From: Amoebidium appalachense
Taxonomy: Eukaryota > Protista > Ichthyosporea
NCBI GenBank assembly: GCA_963693365.1
Contig: CAVNZM010000001.1
Location: 13,378,418-13,442,417 of the forward strand
Reading direction: 5' to 3'
DNA length: 64,000 bases
The notes beneath the pieces were generated by a model. The model searched no databases and was not told the DNA's origin. It saw only the letters and a list, made by a program, of their open reading frames with translations. Position numbers and translations under genes: made by a program. Shown piece by piece: positions 1 to 20,170 of the stretch (position 1 is its first letter; every line of letters begins with the position of its first letter).

Positions 1-221
1 CGAGACAGAGAGGGAGAGAGAGAGAGAAAGAGAGAGAGGTGCGAGAAAGGAGCGGAGGGGGGGGAGGGGGGGGGGGGGGGGGAGAAGGAAAACCTCTCGT
101 ATGATACACCGTATGTAGGTCACAAGCCTTCGGAAAATCCAGGTGCCAGTGGCAGTGGCCCATGTCATGCAAAATTAAATCCTGTGTTCCCAGCGGCACT
201 TGGCACTGCCAGGCTAACGGT

Positions 222-679
222 TTGTGTGTGTAGCTGTGCGTGTGTGTGCGTGTGTGTGTGCACACGTGTGCGACTGTGCGTGTGCGTGTGCATGCGCGTG
301 TGTGTAGGTGTGAGCAGGTGTGTCCGTGTTTGTGCATGTGTGAGGGTGTGCGTGCGAGTTGTGCGTGTGTGCGCGTGCGTGTGTGCGTGCGTGTGCGGCG
401 TGTGTGTATGTGTGTGCATGCGGATGTGCGTGCGTGTGTGCGTGTGTGGGTGTTTGTTTTCGTGTGTGTGACTGTGTGTGCGTGCGTGTTTGGGTGTGTA
501 TGTGTGAAACTGTGTGTGTGTGTGTGTGTGTATGTGCGTGTTTGCGCGCGCGCGCGCGCGCGTGTGTGTGTGTACACACGCGTGCGTATGTGTGTGCGTG
601 TGTGCGTGTGTGTGTGTACACACGCGTGCGTATGTGTGTGCGTGTGTGCGTGTGTGCGTGTGTGCGTGTGTGCGTGTGT
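222..679. repeat. Degenerate (GT)n/(GTGC)n microsatellite
   Basis: Direct inspection; source of many spurious CV/TH ORFs. Confidence 0.9.
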
Positions 680-1797
680 TAGGCCCTGCTTGGAGCCGGA
701 ACCTCATCAAATCCTACCATGCATGTCGATAATAAATGATGAAACAGCACATCTCCCCCTCTAAAGCACCCACCGTAACAGTTTCCACTTCATTTCCCGA
801 CGCCAGCTGACTCGCGCGCCCGGAGCTGCTGCGCGGCCAACAAAACACGTGTAGGCAACTCAAGTGCGGTAGGCCGGTGGTAGACAGGTGGCTCACAAAA
901 ATTTAACCCAAACGCACTGATTGGTTGATGGAAACCAAATGGGTCGTCGTGGTTGGTTTGTTTTCATTGGTTGTAAAGTGATTACTGAAAAAGGCTATAC
1001 TGAAAGTTCGGGCGTACGTTACATACATAGTACTGCATTCAGAAAGATAGGAATACGGAACAATATCCACTTTGTTATTCAACCATATATTTTCATGCTG
1101 TGTCGGGTCGGTTATCTAGTTAAAGCAGCCAGACCAGGGAGTCAAGTGACTCAAGTGCAACGTGCCAAAAACGTGGATTTTAACTCGTCAACCATTCGCT
1201 GTTTATCACGTAACCGCATCACCGTGTTGCTCTTTTCCCTTTTTGCTCAACCATAAAAAGCAAACTCCTTTTTCCGAAAACATCAATTCCTCGCTCACGA
1301 TCGGTTAAACACATCACATTACCCTTCGGCCTTTTTAACTCATGAGGGTGTCACTTTCATCAATCATTTTCTGTTCGAAAAGAAAGAGGTAGGGATCCCT
1401 CTAGTTGTGCACAATCAAGAGAACAGGTTTGAGATGCACATTTTTCAACCATACACAAAAAAAACTGTGGGCTTATCGGATTTTTTGGACGTTTCACCAA
1501 GTCTTTTGCAACTATTGTTCCCTTATACATGTGTCTTTTTGCTTCTCAAACCAAGTGACATTCGCTCACACGTGCAACAAACAATAATCTGCCGTTTCTT
1601 CAGCTAGAAAAATTGGCTGCACTTTTGATTCTTATGCAAGTCACTTGTGTCACTTCTCCACGTCTATTCATACCCTCGAAGTTGGGACAATTTTTTCACT
1701 GTTACTAACCCGTTTTCCTCGCAACCCACAGAACACCATCCTCCTACAACAGCACACACCATATACACATAATTCCCTTCAACAATTCCACAAGAAA

Positions 1798-9138
<7,341 letters not shown>

Positions 9139-10428
9139 GCCCCGCGTGTATCCAAGCACGGGAATATCTCGTCAAACGGAAATTGAAGTAACCCGCATGA
9201 ATAGAGAGATGCATATACGGCATTTTTTTTTGGGATGGAAGATCGACGTCCCGGATATATCCGTTTTGAAACTCTGGATTTTTATTGGATACCCAGCTAA
9301 CACAACAAACTGTGATGAATTCATTAGCGCGAGTGACACCAGCTGGAAAAAAATTTGCAAATACTTGGGTTGTAGACGTTCACTTTTTTTTTTCCTTCTT
9401 CTTTTTTTTTTTTTTTGGCACCTCCGCCTTTTTTTTATTGATCTTTTAGAAATATTTTACAGGTGTGCATTTTGACTAAAGCTGCTCTTCTCTTTTTAAC
9501 CCCCACCGACTTCATTGTTATTGGTATAGGCACGTGTACTACACGTTATAAGATAGACAGGTCCATTCTAGATCTCCACCTGATAATTAACGGGTTTAAT
9601 ACTGTGATGTTTGTAATAGGAGTGTGCACTTGGAATATCGAGCTGGAGATGTGACCATTAAAGCACTATGAGGGAATTAAATTTCTGTGGGTTTTGCATA
9701 GGTGGCTCGACCCGGAACGATCCATGGACTGTAACATATACTTACACTTGTAGACAAGGGCAATAAAAACCAGCTCACACGTGCCCACCTGTGGCACAAG
9801 GTATGGTTTTGACCACACAGCGCACACATATGTCCCATCATGGGGCTTGCTCATGCTTGCCACTTGAAATAGCTCACAGGGCAAAAAACAAAACAAAACC
9901 CGCGTGCCCGAGCTGTACGGTGCCCGTGCATGCATATGCATATATGTCAAATTTGCTATGTTCCGGCCACATGCCGCATTTCCCGTGCACACGCGCAGTG
10001 CGCACGTGCGTAAGCACCTGTTCATGGCAATGCATGTTGAACAGAAAGGAAAGAATAAAAATGAAGTTTTGTACATGTACACGGCCGTGGGTATGCGTGC
10101 CTGGTTTGTACGCTGCATGCGCATGCACGGAGTTCATCATACATGTGTGACACAGGGCAGGTGTCCAATGTGCATATGCATGCATGCAGCTACACGTTGT
10201 ACAATGAGCAAACACGTGGGATATTGGATGTCGCTGCAGCTGCACGCACATGTGTACGCGAGTGTGCTGTGTACACCAGTGCGTGTGGATGCATATGTGC
10301 GTGCATGTGCGTAAATGTGTTTGGGGGGTGGGTGGAGGATATATGGGTGTGTGGGTGCACGGTGTGCATGTGTCCCCGGGGGGGATGGGGGGGGGGGGGG
10401 GGGGGGGGGGGGAGGGGGGGGGGGGGGG

Positions 10429-10562
10429 TAGAATGCGGAACACGGCACGAAGCACAAGTACACGATGAGAAACAAGGTCACAGGACACGGGCAAAAGCAA
10501 AAATTCAAGTATGCAACATCAGCAACGCACGCAGTATTCAAAATAAGCAGAGCCCATCCTCA

Positions 10563-10595
<33 letters not shown>

Positions 10596-10618
10596 GGGGG
10601 GGCATCAACTGGGTTGAC
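10429..10618 (+). mobile_element. Dispersed repeat, diverged copy D
   Basis: gaatgcggaacacggcacgaagcac...agagcccatcctcaggg, then poly-G, then a gcatcaactg tail fragment. Confidence 0.75.
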
Positions 10619-10876
10619 AATAGGTTTATGACGATAATTCATATTTTATTCCATTTGTGTAGTCCCTCTAAATTTCCGAGAAGCAAAAAGATCCTCTAGC
10701 TTCTAAAAAGCAACTAATAAAATTAATATTAGTTGACTAACTTAATGGTATCTATTTAAAAAAGACGTGGTATAGCTGTGTTCAATTCACAGCCTGCACA
10801 ACTGATACAAAATGTCACTTATGTCCTCTGGTTTTGTGTGTCCCGGCTTGTGCATGAATGCGCGCGTGTGTACGTG

Positions 10877-10918
<42 letters not shown>

Positions 10919-11299
10919 ATTTATATGTACATGTGGTGCATCTGTATGCATGTGTGCGCAAACGCATGTTTGTGGTTGACATGCCGTGCATGTGTATGGG
11001 TAGTTCAATGGGTGCACCCCGGGGGGTTGAGGGCCAGGCGTATGTGCGTATGAATACCCAAATAAACAATGCGTCGATTGAAAACTAGAAATAACACGTA
11101 CATACAAATCCACACAGACTCACACTCCCCAAGTCCTTCAAAAAATGTACCTGATATCCCCAGTGTCAAACACAGTGTTTACCTTCATGTCTTCCTTCGT
11201 ACTTGAATGCTCATTCGTGCTAATATTAGATTCCATGCACATAAAACAGCCACATCCTCTCTTTCTCCGTCATAGCTTCCCCCCCCCCCCCCCCCCCTT

Positions 11300-11332
<33 letters not shown>

Positions 11333-11468
11333 AAGCAAAAAAGACAAAAATATACATCACAAATAATAAAAAAGGAAAAAAACTGAAATATCATGCAAAA
11401 ATATTAGAAATAATGAAAGACGCCAACACAGCCCACATGACAAGCAACCAAACAGCAACAGGCATATT

Positions 11469-11638
11469 CTATTGGGGCTCTGCCATTGGGTCGTATCTCT
11501 CGGATGCCTCCATCAGTTCGAACCTATCCTCGTCTGGCTCCAGGTTGACCCGCACATACGCATGGTGGGGCTTACCGTCGGAATTCTGAGAGGGATCGAA
11601 AAATTGGGGGGGTGGGGTGGGATGTTTTTTTTTTTTTT

Positions 11639-11687
<49 letters not shown>

Positions 11688-11865
11688 GGAGGAGGGGGGG
11701 GGGGGGGAAGAGAGAGAGAGAGGGAGAGAGAGAGAGGGAGGGAGGGAGGGAGGGAGGGAGGGAGGGCGGGGAGAGAGAGGGGGGGGGGGGGGGGGGAGGG
11801 TTAAATTGTGTTACAGACCACAAAGTACACATTCACGACGAACATCATAATGCATCATCATTTTG

Positions 11866-11927
<62 letters not shown>

Positions 11928-12156
11928 TGAATGCGGAACACGGTACGAAGTACGCATACACGACGAGAAGCATGGTGCAGGACACATGCAAAGGCAAACA
12001 TTCAAGTATGCAACATCAGCCATGTGCACAGTATGCGTCATAAGCAGAGCCCATCCTCAGGGAGGACCCAAGTCATCAATTGCGTCTGAGTTTCGACCCC
12101 TTAGCCCGCGTATATACGACGCTCCAACTCAGACAGCAGCATCAACTGAACTTGGG

Positions 12157-12200
<44 letters not shown>

Positions 12201-12243
12201 GGGGGGAGGGGGGGGGGGGGGAGGGGGGAGGGGGGGGGGGAAG

Positions 12244-12274
<31 letters not shown>

Positions 12275-12451
12275 TGAGGTGAGCAGTAAGGGAGGGAAAG
12301 ATGGAGTCCGGGCGGGGTTGGGGGATTAATATGCGAACAGCTGGTACAGATTGCAAATCTACGATGGACAGCATATTGTGGATATATGAAAACGGACACA
12401 TACAAAGAGAGCATGCTAACAGAGGGGTTGAGAAGAGGGAACGAGAGGCGC

Positions 12452-12495
<44 letters not shown>

Positions 12496-12850
12496 GGGGG
12501 AGGGCAAACACAGTATTCGAGCTAAAACCCATCGAACTTGAAACGTTAACCCAACAACGCAAGAGGCAGGTGGTGGTGGGGAATGGGGTTTTCTTTCTTT
12601 CTTTCTTTTCTTTTTTTCCTTTTTTTTTGGGGGGGGAGGGGGGGGGGGGGGGGAGGGGGGGGGGGGGAAGGGGGGGGGGGGGGAGGGCTTTGACGCTAAA
12701 AAATATACAGAGAGAGGGGGGGGGGGGGGGGGGTAAATACACTGAATAAGTTTAAATTGACAACGGGGGAATATCATAATAGGGACGGGGAAAAAGGGAG
12801 GGGAAGGGGGGGGGGGGGAGGGAGGGGGGATCAAGGGAGTTGGTGTGTGT

Positions 12851-12885
<35 letters not shown>

Positions 12886-12929
12886 TGTGTGTATGTGTGT
12901 GTGCGCGCACGCATGCGTGCGTGTGTGTC

Positions 12930-12992
<63 letters not shown>

Positions 12993-13298
12993 GTGTGTGT
13001 GCACGTGATTGTATGGTGTGCACATGTGCGTGCACGTGTCTGTTTTAAGTCTGTGTACGCCAATCCACCAGCACTCTTTTCTGAGCAGCTCACGGGGGAT
13101 ACCACCCAAGAATTTCGAAAAGAAGGATAAGGCAAAAATACTATGAAGACTACATGAATACAAAGACCATCAAAACAAGAGAAAAGGGAAGCAGCGCACT
13201 GAAACAACATGTGAACTTCAAAGGGAGGTGCATACGCCGCACACATGCAGCCCAACCAGACACTCACTGACTGAGAAGCACGAAGACCCCCCCCCCCC

Positions 13299-13329
<31 letters not shown>

Positions 13330-13659
13330 CCCCCCAAATCCCAACAAACAATCCCGACTTTCTCCTTTGGTCCCCCTCTCCCACCCACCCTCCCACCCAT
13401 CCTGCATTTTAATAGTCACATACTCCAACAGCCCCATTTCCCCTACATGCTCTACTTCTATACCCCAATATATCCGACAGATCCCCGTGTGCCCCCCCCC
13501 CCCCCCCCCCCCCCCCTCCCCCCGCGGGGCACGTACCCTCCTCCTCCACAGGCGGTAGAGATAGTAGCCCACCGCAGCCAAAACTATTGTCCCTGCCGTC
13601 AGCAGTGTTATGCCTGCTGACCCCAGGCCCCCCGCTGCAGCAAAGGCACAGTCAGTCAT
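11469..13659 (-). CDS. Putative small single-pass membrane protein (~79 aa, 2 coding exons)
   Basis: Exon 13537-13659 ([41 protein letters not shown], donor GTACGT) joins in phase 0 to exon 11469-11585 (CAG acceptor; [38 protein letters not shown]). TM helix followed by a basic stop-transfer. The true start could lie further upstream. Confidence 0.55.
11926..12160 (+). mobile_element. ~230-nt dispersed repeat (SINE/MITE-like), full copy A
   Basis: Identical by eye over 11931-12160 to 16299-16528. Flanked by poly-G on both sides. Lies in the intron of the small membrane protein gene. Confidence 0.85.
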
Positions 13660-15652
13660 CGGTGGACCAGAAGAAAACAGTCCCCATTCCGCCCCTCTCC
13701 CCCCCCCCCCCCCCCCCCCCCCCTTCCCCTCCCTTTCTACCCCTCCCCTTTCCCACCCTCCCCTTCTCCCCTCCTCCATGCTTTCCCCCTTCACAATTTT
13801 CACTCGCTTGCTATTTCCTTCCTTTTCCCAGAGCCACCAACTAAACCTTTACTCGTAGGCAGAGCTTCACTTTTACCTCCATTACATTCCTTGGCCAGCC
13901 TCTCCCTGTAACATCCTCGCAAGAGCCAAGTGCAAAGGGATGAATGCAGAAACAATTGCTTGATCCCTTCGGGCTTTTATGCCTTCGCACTTTCTTCACA
14001 GGGCGAATACTAGCAAGAGGGAAAGAACCTAAAAAGGAGCGGGACTATTGGGGGGGGGAGGGGGGGAGGAGGCAGGGGAGTGGGCCAAAGTGTGGCCACT
14101 AGTTTGCTTTGCTCGATATAAGAGGTCCCTTACGCTGCTCGTTCGGCAAGTCGCCCATCGTGGTTCGTGCTCATACCTTTCCCTAATATGGTTGTGTTGT
14201 TTTGTGATAGAGGGCCTGGTGGTGTGAGTGTGTATGTGTGTGTCTGTGTCTAGATGTTTTCGGCTTATTCCTGAACGGTCTACGACCTATAAATAACAGA
14301 GAAATTTGAATTCTCGGAGGGACGGCGTTCCGACCAAAGGGTTCTTGACCGACGGGTATGCATAGAACTTTTGATTCCAGCAGAATGATCAGATGGCAAA
14401 TACATATAACATAACATAGCTAGGGCCTACGGTGCTCTCCTGTACATTACAATCCATGTGCTTCAGTTATATATATACAATAGTTGTCGCTGCCTCAGAA
14501 TCTCACGTTTCAAGCGGCCTGCCAACTCAAATGCACAACACTACATATTTGCACACTGTGCAGCCCATCCAGCGTCAAGGTTTATGGAAGCTGAGGAACT
14601 GATTAGCCCAATAAGGTTATTTTGTAGCATGGTATGTGCGAAACCAGGGTAGGGATTACGAAAAAAAATCGTCGTAATTACGATTAACGAGAGACCCCGA
14701 TACGAATAAGGTCAGGGTACCGTCGTAACAGCTTTCGTATCAGGTGTGTAGCACTATAAACGCTTGAATATGTAATTTTCCCTATTTTTCAATATTTCTG
14801 TTCAAGAACAGCACATTCCCCCCCAAGAACATATCTACAGCGCTTCTCATGTGCAATATCGAGCCCCGATAAGTTTCCAGGGCTTGTAATCTTGCGGTAC
14901 TCATTTTGTAAAAACACGTATTTTGAATTTTGCGACTGGAGGGGCGTTTTAGGCGGGGCTTGCAGCTCCCCAAGAACCCACCCGTTACGATTAAGAAATT
15001 GTCCGTTATGATTGGCCAAAGGGCGATACGGTTAAGCTGGCGAACCCAGCCCAACCCTGTGCGAAACGCTGCGTTGATTGGTTTGGAGCATGTGTTGTCG
15101 CTGTTCTCCAGCGGCATGACTCGGAGGATTGAGCTGTTGAAGTTACAGCAACGTTGGTCTGTTGTCTGTGACCCACGATGATGAACATGGAATACCATGT
15201 GTTTAATCTTTCGCAATGGACGAATAAAATGTACATATACCCGAGCAACAGCAGTGCAGGGTCAGTGCGCCAGGCACCAACCACTGCATGTGCCCCTGCC
15301 CGGTCGTGCGATTCAATACCTCACCTTTACATTCGGATGCATGCACCGTGCGGTATGACCACACCCTTAGCCCCACACCATTCACACCATTACTTTATGT
15401 TCTGAGCTGCAACCCCCGTCTTTATGATCACGGTTCCGGCCGCTAACCCGCTTAACTTGCCTGACTTACCCACCCACCCCTATACAGCAAAAAGCTCCCA
15501 ATGCCATCAACCCAACCCAGCGTTGTGGCTCTTACACCAATCAAACGCTACCCCCATACAGATCCTCGAGGTTATTTGTAGCTGTGAATAGCATTGGTAG
15601 CCCCCCATCCAACCGCCCAAGTTTTCATTCATTCCAAAATGGGGATGAATGT

Positions 15653-15953
15653 TTACTTCTTGAGCTGGTTCTCGGGGCGGAGCTGGCGCACGGTGCGGCC
15701 AGCCTGCCAGATCTCGCTCTCGCGGATGGCCTTGAGCTCCTCCTCCAGCTTGACCTTGTGGTCGGGGGCGCTGTTGAAGTCGAGGGTGCGGCGAGTCTCA
15801 GAACCATTCTCGACGCTCTCGTAGAGGTCCTTGAACACGGGCTTGGTGGCCTTGTAGAACTTGGGGTACCTGTGGTGGAGACAAATGGGTCAGGGGAAGG
15901 GTGACACACTGGTACTTCAAATTTGTCCTCCCAACGGCACCGATCTACCCAGC

Positions 15954-15992
<39 letters not shown>

Positions 15993-18900
15993 GACAAAAA
16001 AACAACAAAAAAACAAAAACACTCAACCACCCTCGGTCTCTCCATAGGAACACCAAGACTTAGGAGCAAATCTGTGCTGCATTGGTGGGTGAACTATCAG
16101 GGGGTCCATGGAGCATTAAAGCAAGCAGATGCAGTGTGGAATAAGTGTCTCCGCTTAATAAAGATGGTTTGGCAATGGGTGTGTGAGTGTGTCCGTTTGA
16201 TGAAGAAGGTTTGGTAAGGGAGTAGAAAACTACATCGGCAGCTCAAGTGCAGGTGTATGTCTGTTCTGAGAAGGGGGGGGGGGGGGGGTGGGGTGAAGAT
16301 GCGGAACACGGTACGAAGTACGCATACACGACGAGAAGCATGGTGCAGGACACATGCAAAGGCAAACATTCAAGTATGCAACATCAGCCATGTGCACAGT
16401 ATGCGTCATAAGCAGAGCCCATCCTCAGGGAGGACCCAAGTCATCAATTGCGTCTGAGTTTCGACCCCTTAGCCCGCGTATATACGACGCTCCAACTCAG
16501 ACAGCAGCATCAACTGAACTTGGGCGGGTCAACCCATCTTGATCAAAGACGAGCAGGGTTGTTTATTCAAGCAAGGTGAGCAAAACGGTGAAGATGTGTG
16601 TGCAAACTAATGCAGTGCAGCGAAAAATGCGTATGTGCTTACAGATGCACGACACAGAGCAACCATGCCCGGTTGCATGGAAGTAAAGCGGTCTGGGGAG
16701 GTCCAGGAGGTGGTGGGAACAAGCAACGTACTGAGAGGGACATAACGGTGCAGTTTTTGGTGGTGGTGGTTCATTTTGTGCGTTTGCACGTGTGTATGTG
16801 TATGTGCTTGTGCATATGGTAGTGGTGAGGGGGGATGCATACCAGTCGAGGGCACCGCGCTGTGCGGTGGTGCTGCAGTTGGCGTACATCCAGTCCATAC
16901 CGTTGGCGGCAACCAGGGGGTACAGAGACTGGGTGGCCTCCTCAACGGTCTCGTTGAAGGCCTCAGACGGGGAGTGGCCCTGTGGGGCAGCAGCAAACGT
17001 TAGAAATGTGTTTTGCTCGAGCCGACAGAAACAACCGTCATGCATACCACCAAGAGTCCCGTATGTGATGATACAAGGAACCCTTTCCAGTACAGCATAG
17101 CTCAGCTGGCCGCTTCCAACCCCCCCCCCCCCCCCCTCTAGCTAACCGTTTCCACCCTCCTCAACCCCTCTCGTTTCCGGGGTAGCGGGGTAGCCCACGT
17201 CTCCGTACCCGTTCCCATGTCATTTAGCAAACCAACAACCCACTTCCGTCTGGAAACCAATGAGCAATAATCATCCCGGGCACCAGCCGGCTCACCCTAT
17301 CATTCCTCGACAGCATACCAACTATCACAGGCCCCCTTCTACCCCCCCCCCCCACCCAAAAAAAAACACAAAGATAGATATAGGCGCATCAACTGTTGCG
17401 TACCTTCTCGCGCAGGACCTCGTACTGGGCCAGGAACAGACCCTGGATGGCGCCCATCAGCACACCGCGCTCACCCGTCAGATCGCTCAGCACCTCCTTC
17501 TTGAAGTCCGTCTTGTACAGGTAGCCCGACCCGATGGCCACACCCAGAGCCTTGGCGCGCTCCTCGGCCTGGCCAGACACGTCCTGGAAGGCAGGGTACA
17601 GCAGTCAGGTGGTGGAAACAGGAGGGTGAATAGGCGGGCTAAGGCCCCGAAAGGGAGTCTTTGTGAAAACGAGAAGACGAGGTTGGGGAAAGGGGGGGGG
17701 GGGGGGGGGAGGGGGGAGTAGAAGGGAGGGGAAGGTGGAAATAGGGTTGGCTGTGGAAGGGCATCCACTTGGACGAGAGTGACATAGGAAACGAGCAAGG
17801 AGCATTCAAACTTTGGTGGCCTCTCACATGCCCAAGGTGTGGAATATCGACTGCAAGTTACCTGGTGGACGGCGTAGCTGGAGTTGATGCCAGCACCTCG
17901 CAGGAAGAGAGAGCGCACGGTGGTGCCGGAGCCCTTGGGGGCGCACAGGATGACGTCAATGTCCTTGGGGGGGACAACACCGGTCTCCTTGTTGAAGATC
18001 ACGCTGAAGCCGTGGCTGAAGTAAAGGGTCTTGCCCTGCAAGGGAGAGGGTGTGAGCTTGGGCCAATCGTGATGCTACAGTGATAGATAGGTAGCTGAAA
18101 AAAGGACACTTGGACCGATCGGAAAAGAGAGGGGGGAGGGGGGAAGGTGGAGTGTAACTTATCCTTGGGAAAAGGGGGATAGGCTGGGGAGGGGGGGGGG
18201 GGGGGAGGGGGAGAAAAAAGGGGGCCATGCGGAGGATAAGGTGGGTTACAGGAAGGGCATGGCGACATGCAGGGGTACTGGGGTAGGCAAGTGATCTGGG
18301 GGGAAAAGAAAAGAGGCCCCCCCGGGGGAGGGGGGGGGGGGGGGGGGAAGGAGGGGAAAAAGGTAGCTATCTGTTACCTTGGTGAGCTTGGGGGCGATCT
18401 TGGACCAGCTGTGCTTCTGGCCGGCATCGCTCAGCAGGTACATGACGACGGTGCCCTTCTCGGCAGCCTCCTCAAGGGGGAACAGGGTCTTGCCCGGCAC
18501 CCAGCCGTCCTCCTGGGCCAGCTTCCAGCTGTCACCATCCTTGCGGACACCGACAATGACGTTGAGGCCTGCACCGAACTCGGTCAGTAAATTGTCAATG
18601 GCGTGTCAGGTCATGTAAAGGACAGCTAGAGTACACAGAAGTAAAGAAGCTGTGGGTTGCTTTGAGTGTACAAAGATGGGTAAGCAAGCGGGTGAGGGGA
18701 GGGGGGAATAAAGGGTGCTTTCTTGAATCACAGCCTGCTCAAAAACCAGTGTGTTAGACAACAGCTTGGGCTTGTGAGGAGCTGCAAGCTGGCGGGACGA
18801 GGGGGGGGGAGACGAGGAGTGGGGGACGAGGGGGAGAAGAAGTATGTTTGGGGTTCAACATGTTCATACGGTGTAGTATAAACACTATTCGGAATGTCTG

Positions 18901-19594
18901 AGGGAGGAACATTGGGGGGAGTGGCCCAGAAAACACCATGCAGACAGCGAAAGCGTGGGGTGTGAGAGTAAGTGGGCTTTTAGGTGGAGACCGGGGAACA
19001 AAGCAAGAGAGAGAGAGGTGGAGAGAGGGGGGGGGGGGGGGGAGGGGGGGGAGAAGGGAGGTGGAAGGACAGAGAAGGAGTAGCAACCGCCACCCAGCAC
19101 CCACCGTTATCCCTCATGTTCTGGGACTGGGCGCGACCCTGCACACCGTAGCCGATAACGGCCATGGTGTCGTTCTTGAAGATCTGCGCCAGCTTCTCTT
19201 TGGGGTAGTCGGTCCTCTCGATCACAGTCTCGACGGTGCCACCGAAGTTCAGGTTCTTGACACCACGAGTCGACATCACCTGAGCACAAGTGCATAGTTA
19301 GAGCTATACCAAGAAAGACCGTAACACGACACCGTGTGTGTAAAACGTTTCATTTTTAAGTTGCTGCGCATACACAGACCTCCCAACCACAAAATTTCTA
19401 TAGACCTAACGATATTTAGTCTGCAGCCGTCTGTCCAGCAGGCAGCAAGCCCATACCTGAGTGGCAACGCAGGGCACGGCCTTGCGGGCAGCCACGCTGG
19501 CGGCAGCCACAGCGTGCACGGCTCGGGAGCGCACAGCAGGCTGGGCAGCCCGGGTAAGGGCGGCAGCAGTGCGGGCAGCGGTCCTGAAAGCCAT
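15653..19594 (-). CDS. ILV5: Ketol-acid reductoisomerase (acetohydroxy acid isomeroreductase), mitochondrial precursor, 7 exons, ~403 aa
   Basis: Exons 19457-19594, 19105-19279, 18378-18568, 17862-18035, 17404-17583, 16843-16979, 15653-15869 (1212 nt, phases consistent). Motifs: VIGYGVQGRAQ (Rossmann fold), LLSDAGQ, FSHGFS, APKGSG, SDLTGERGVLMG, GHSPSEAFNETVEEATQSLYP, CSTTAQRGALDW, VRQLRPEN. Ala/Arg-rich N-terminal targeting peptide. Confidence 0.96.
16299..16528 (+). mobile_element. ~230-nt dispersed repeat, full copy B
   Basis: Same sequence as copy A. In the last intron of the ILV5-like gene, preceded by a G-tract. Confidence 0.85.
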
Positions 19595-20170
19595 GGTGAT
19601 CTGCACAAAGCCAACATGAGCATTTGGGACACTATACGAAGTAGAGCTGGTCAGGAGTAGGACCAAGGCTATGAAGAGATGTGGGAGGAGAGAGGAGTTT
19701 GCTTCTGCAACAACTTCCTGTTTGCCAATGGGCAGAAAGATACAGGCAAGGGAGAAGACAGGCATTGGTCAGAGAAACGGAGGGAGGGGGGTTGAGATGG
19801 GAGAGAAAAAGGTGGGGGGGGGGGGGGGGGAGGGGGGGAAGAAATAATTGCAGTCTGTCAGACCCAGATAGAAAAAACATTGTGGAAAGGAGCGAATAAG
19901 TAATAGAGGCGGCAGAGGTAGATAGAAATTGAGCGTCTCATTCCTTCTGCAAGCTATTAGTTCAACTGGACAACGTATCCCAACTGCCTCAGCCATGAAG
20001 CCACCATGAGCGGAGGCTTTTCGAAACCTCTGATTCTTTGAAACTGATGTTTCAGAAACTTTTTGTAAGGCCTCATAAAGGGTACTAGCACTCTGGACCT
20101 TCGTAACGATTCTGCCAAACCAGCTACTTATGAACTTTTTAACTTCAAGAAGACTCTTCCGAAAACTTAC

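Noticed and set aside
95-800. Possible minus-strand gene start divergent from WS/DGAT (candidate exon ~95-181, [21 protein letters not shown])
   Set aside because: Plausible splice signals, but no recognisable protein or consistent phase chain; it runs off the window edge.
11990-12160. Hammerhead ribozyme in the dispersed element (sense-strand CUGAGGA, GAAAC, GUC)
   Set aside because: The core words are present, but stem I (only 4 nt between GUC and CUGAGGA) and stem II cannot be formed in canonical topology.
14655-14745. Small palindromes and inverted repeats (aatcgt..acgatt; gatacgaa..ttcgtatc)
   Set aside because: Too short to distinguish from chance or an ancient TE remnant.
14782-15405. 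Overlapping short ORFs in the repeat-free region
   Set aside because: No motifs or splice chain; likely promoter or 3'-flank sequence between two minus-strand genes.
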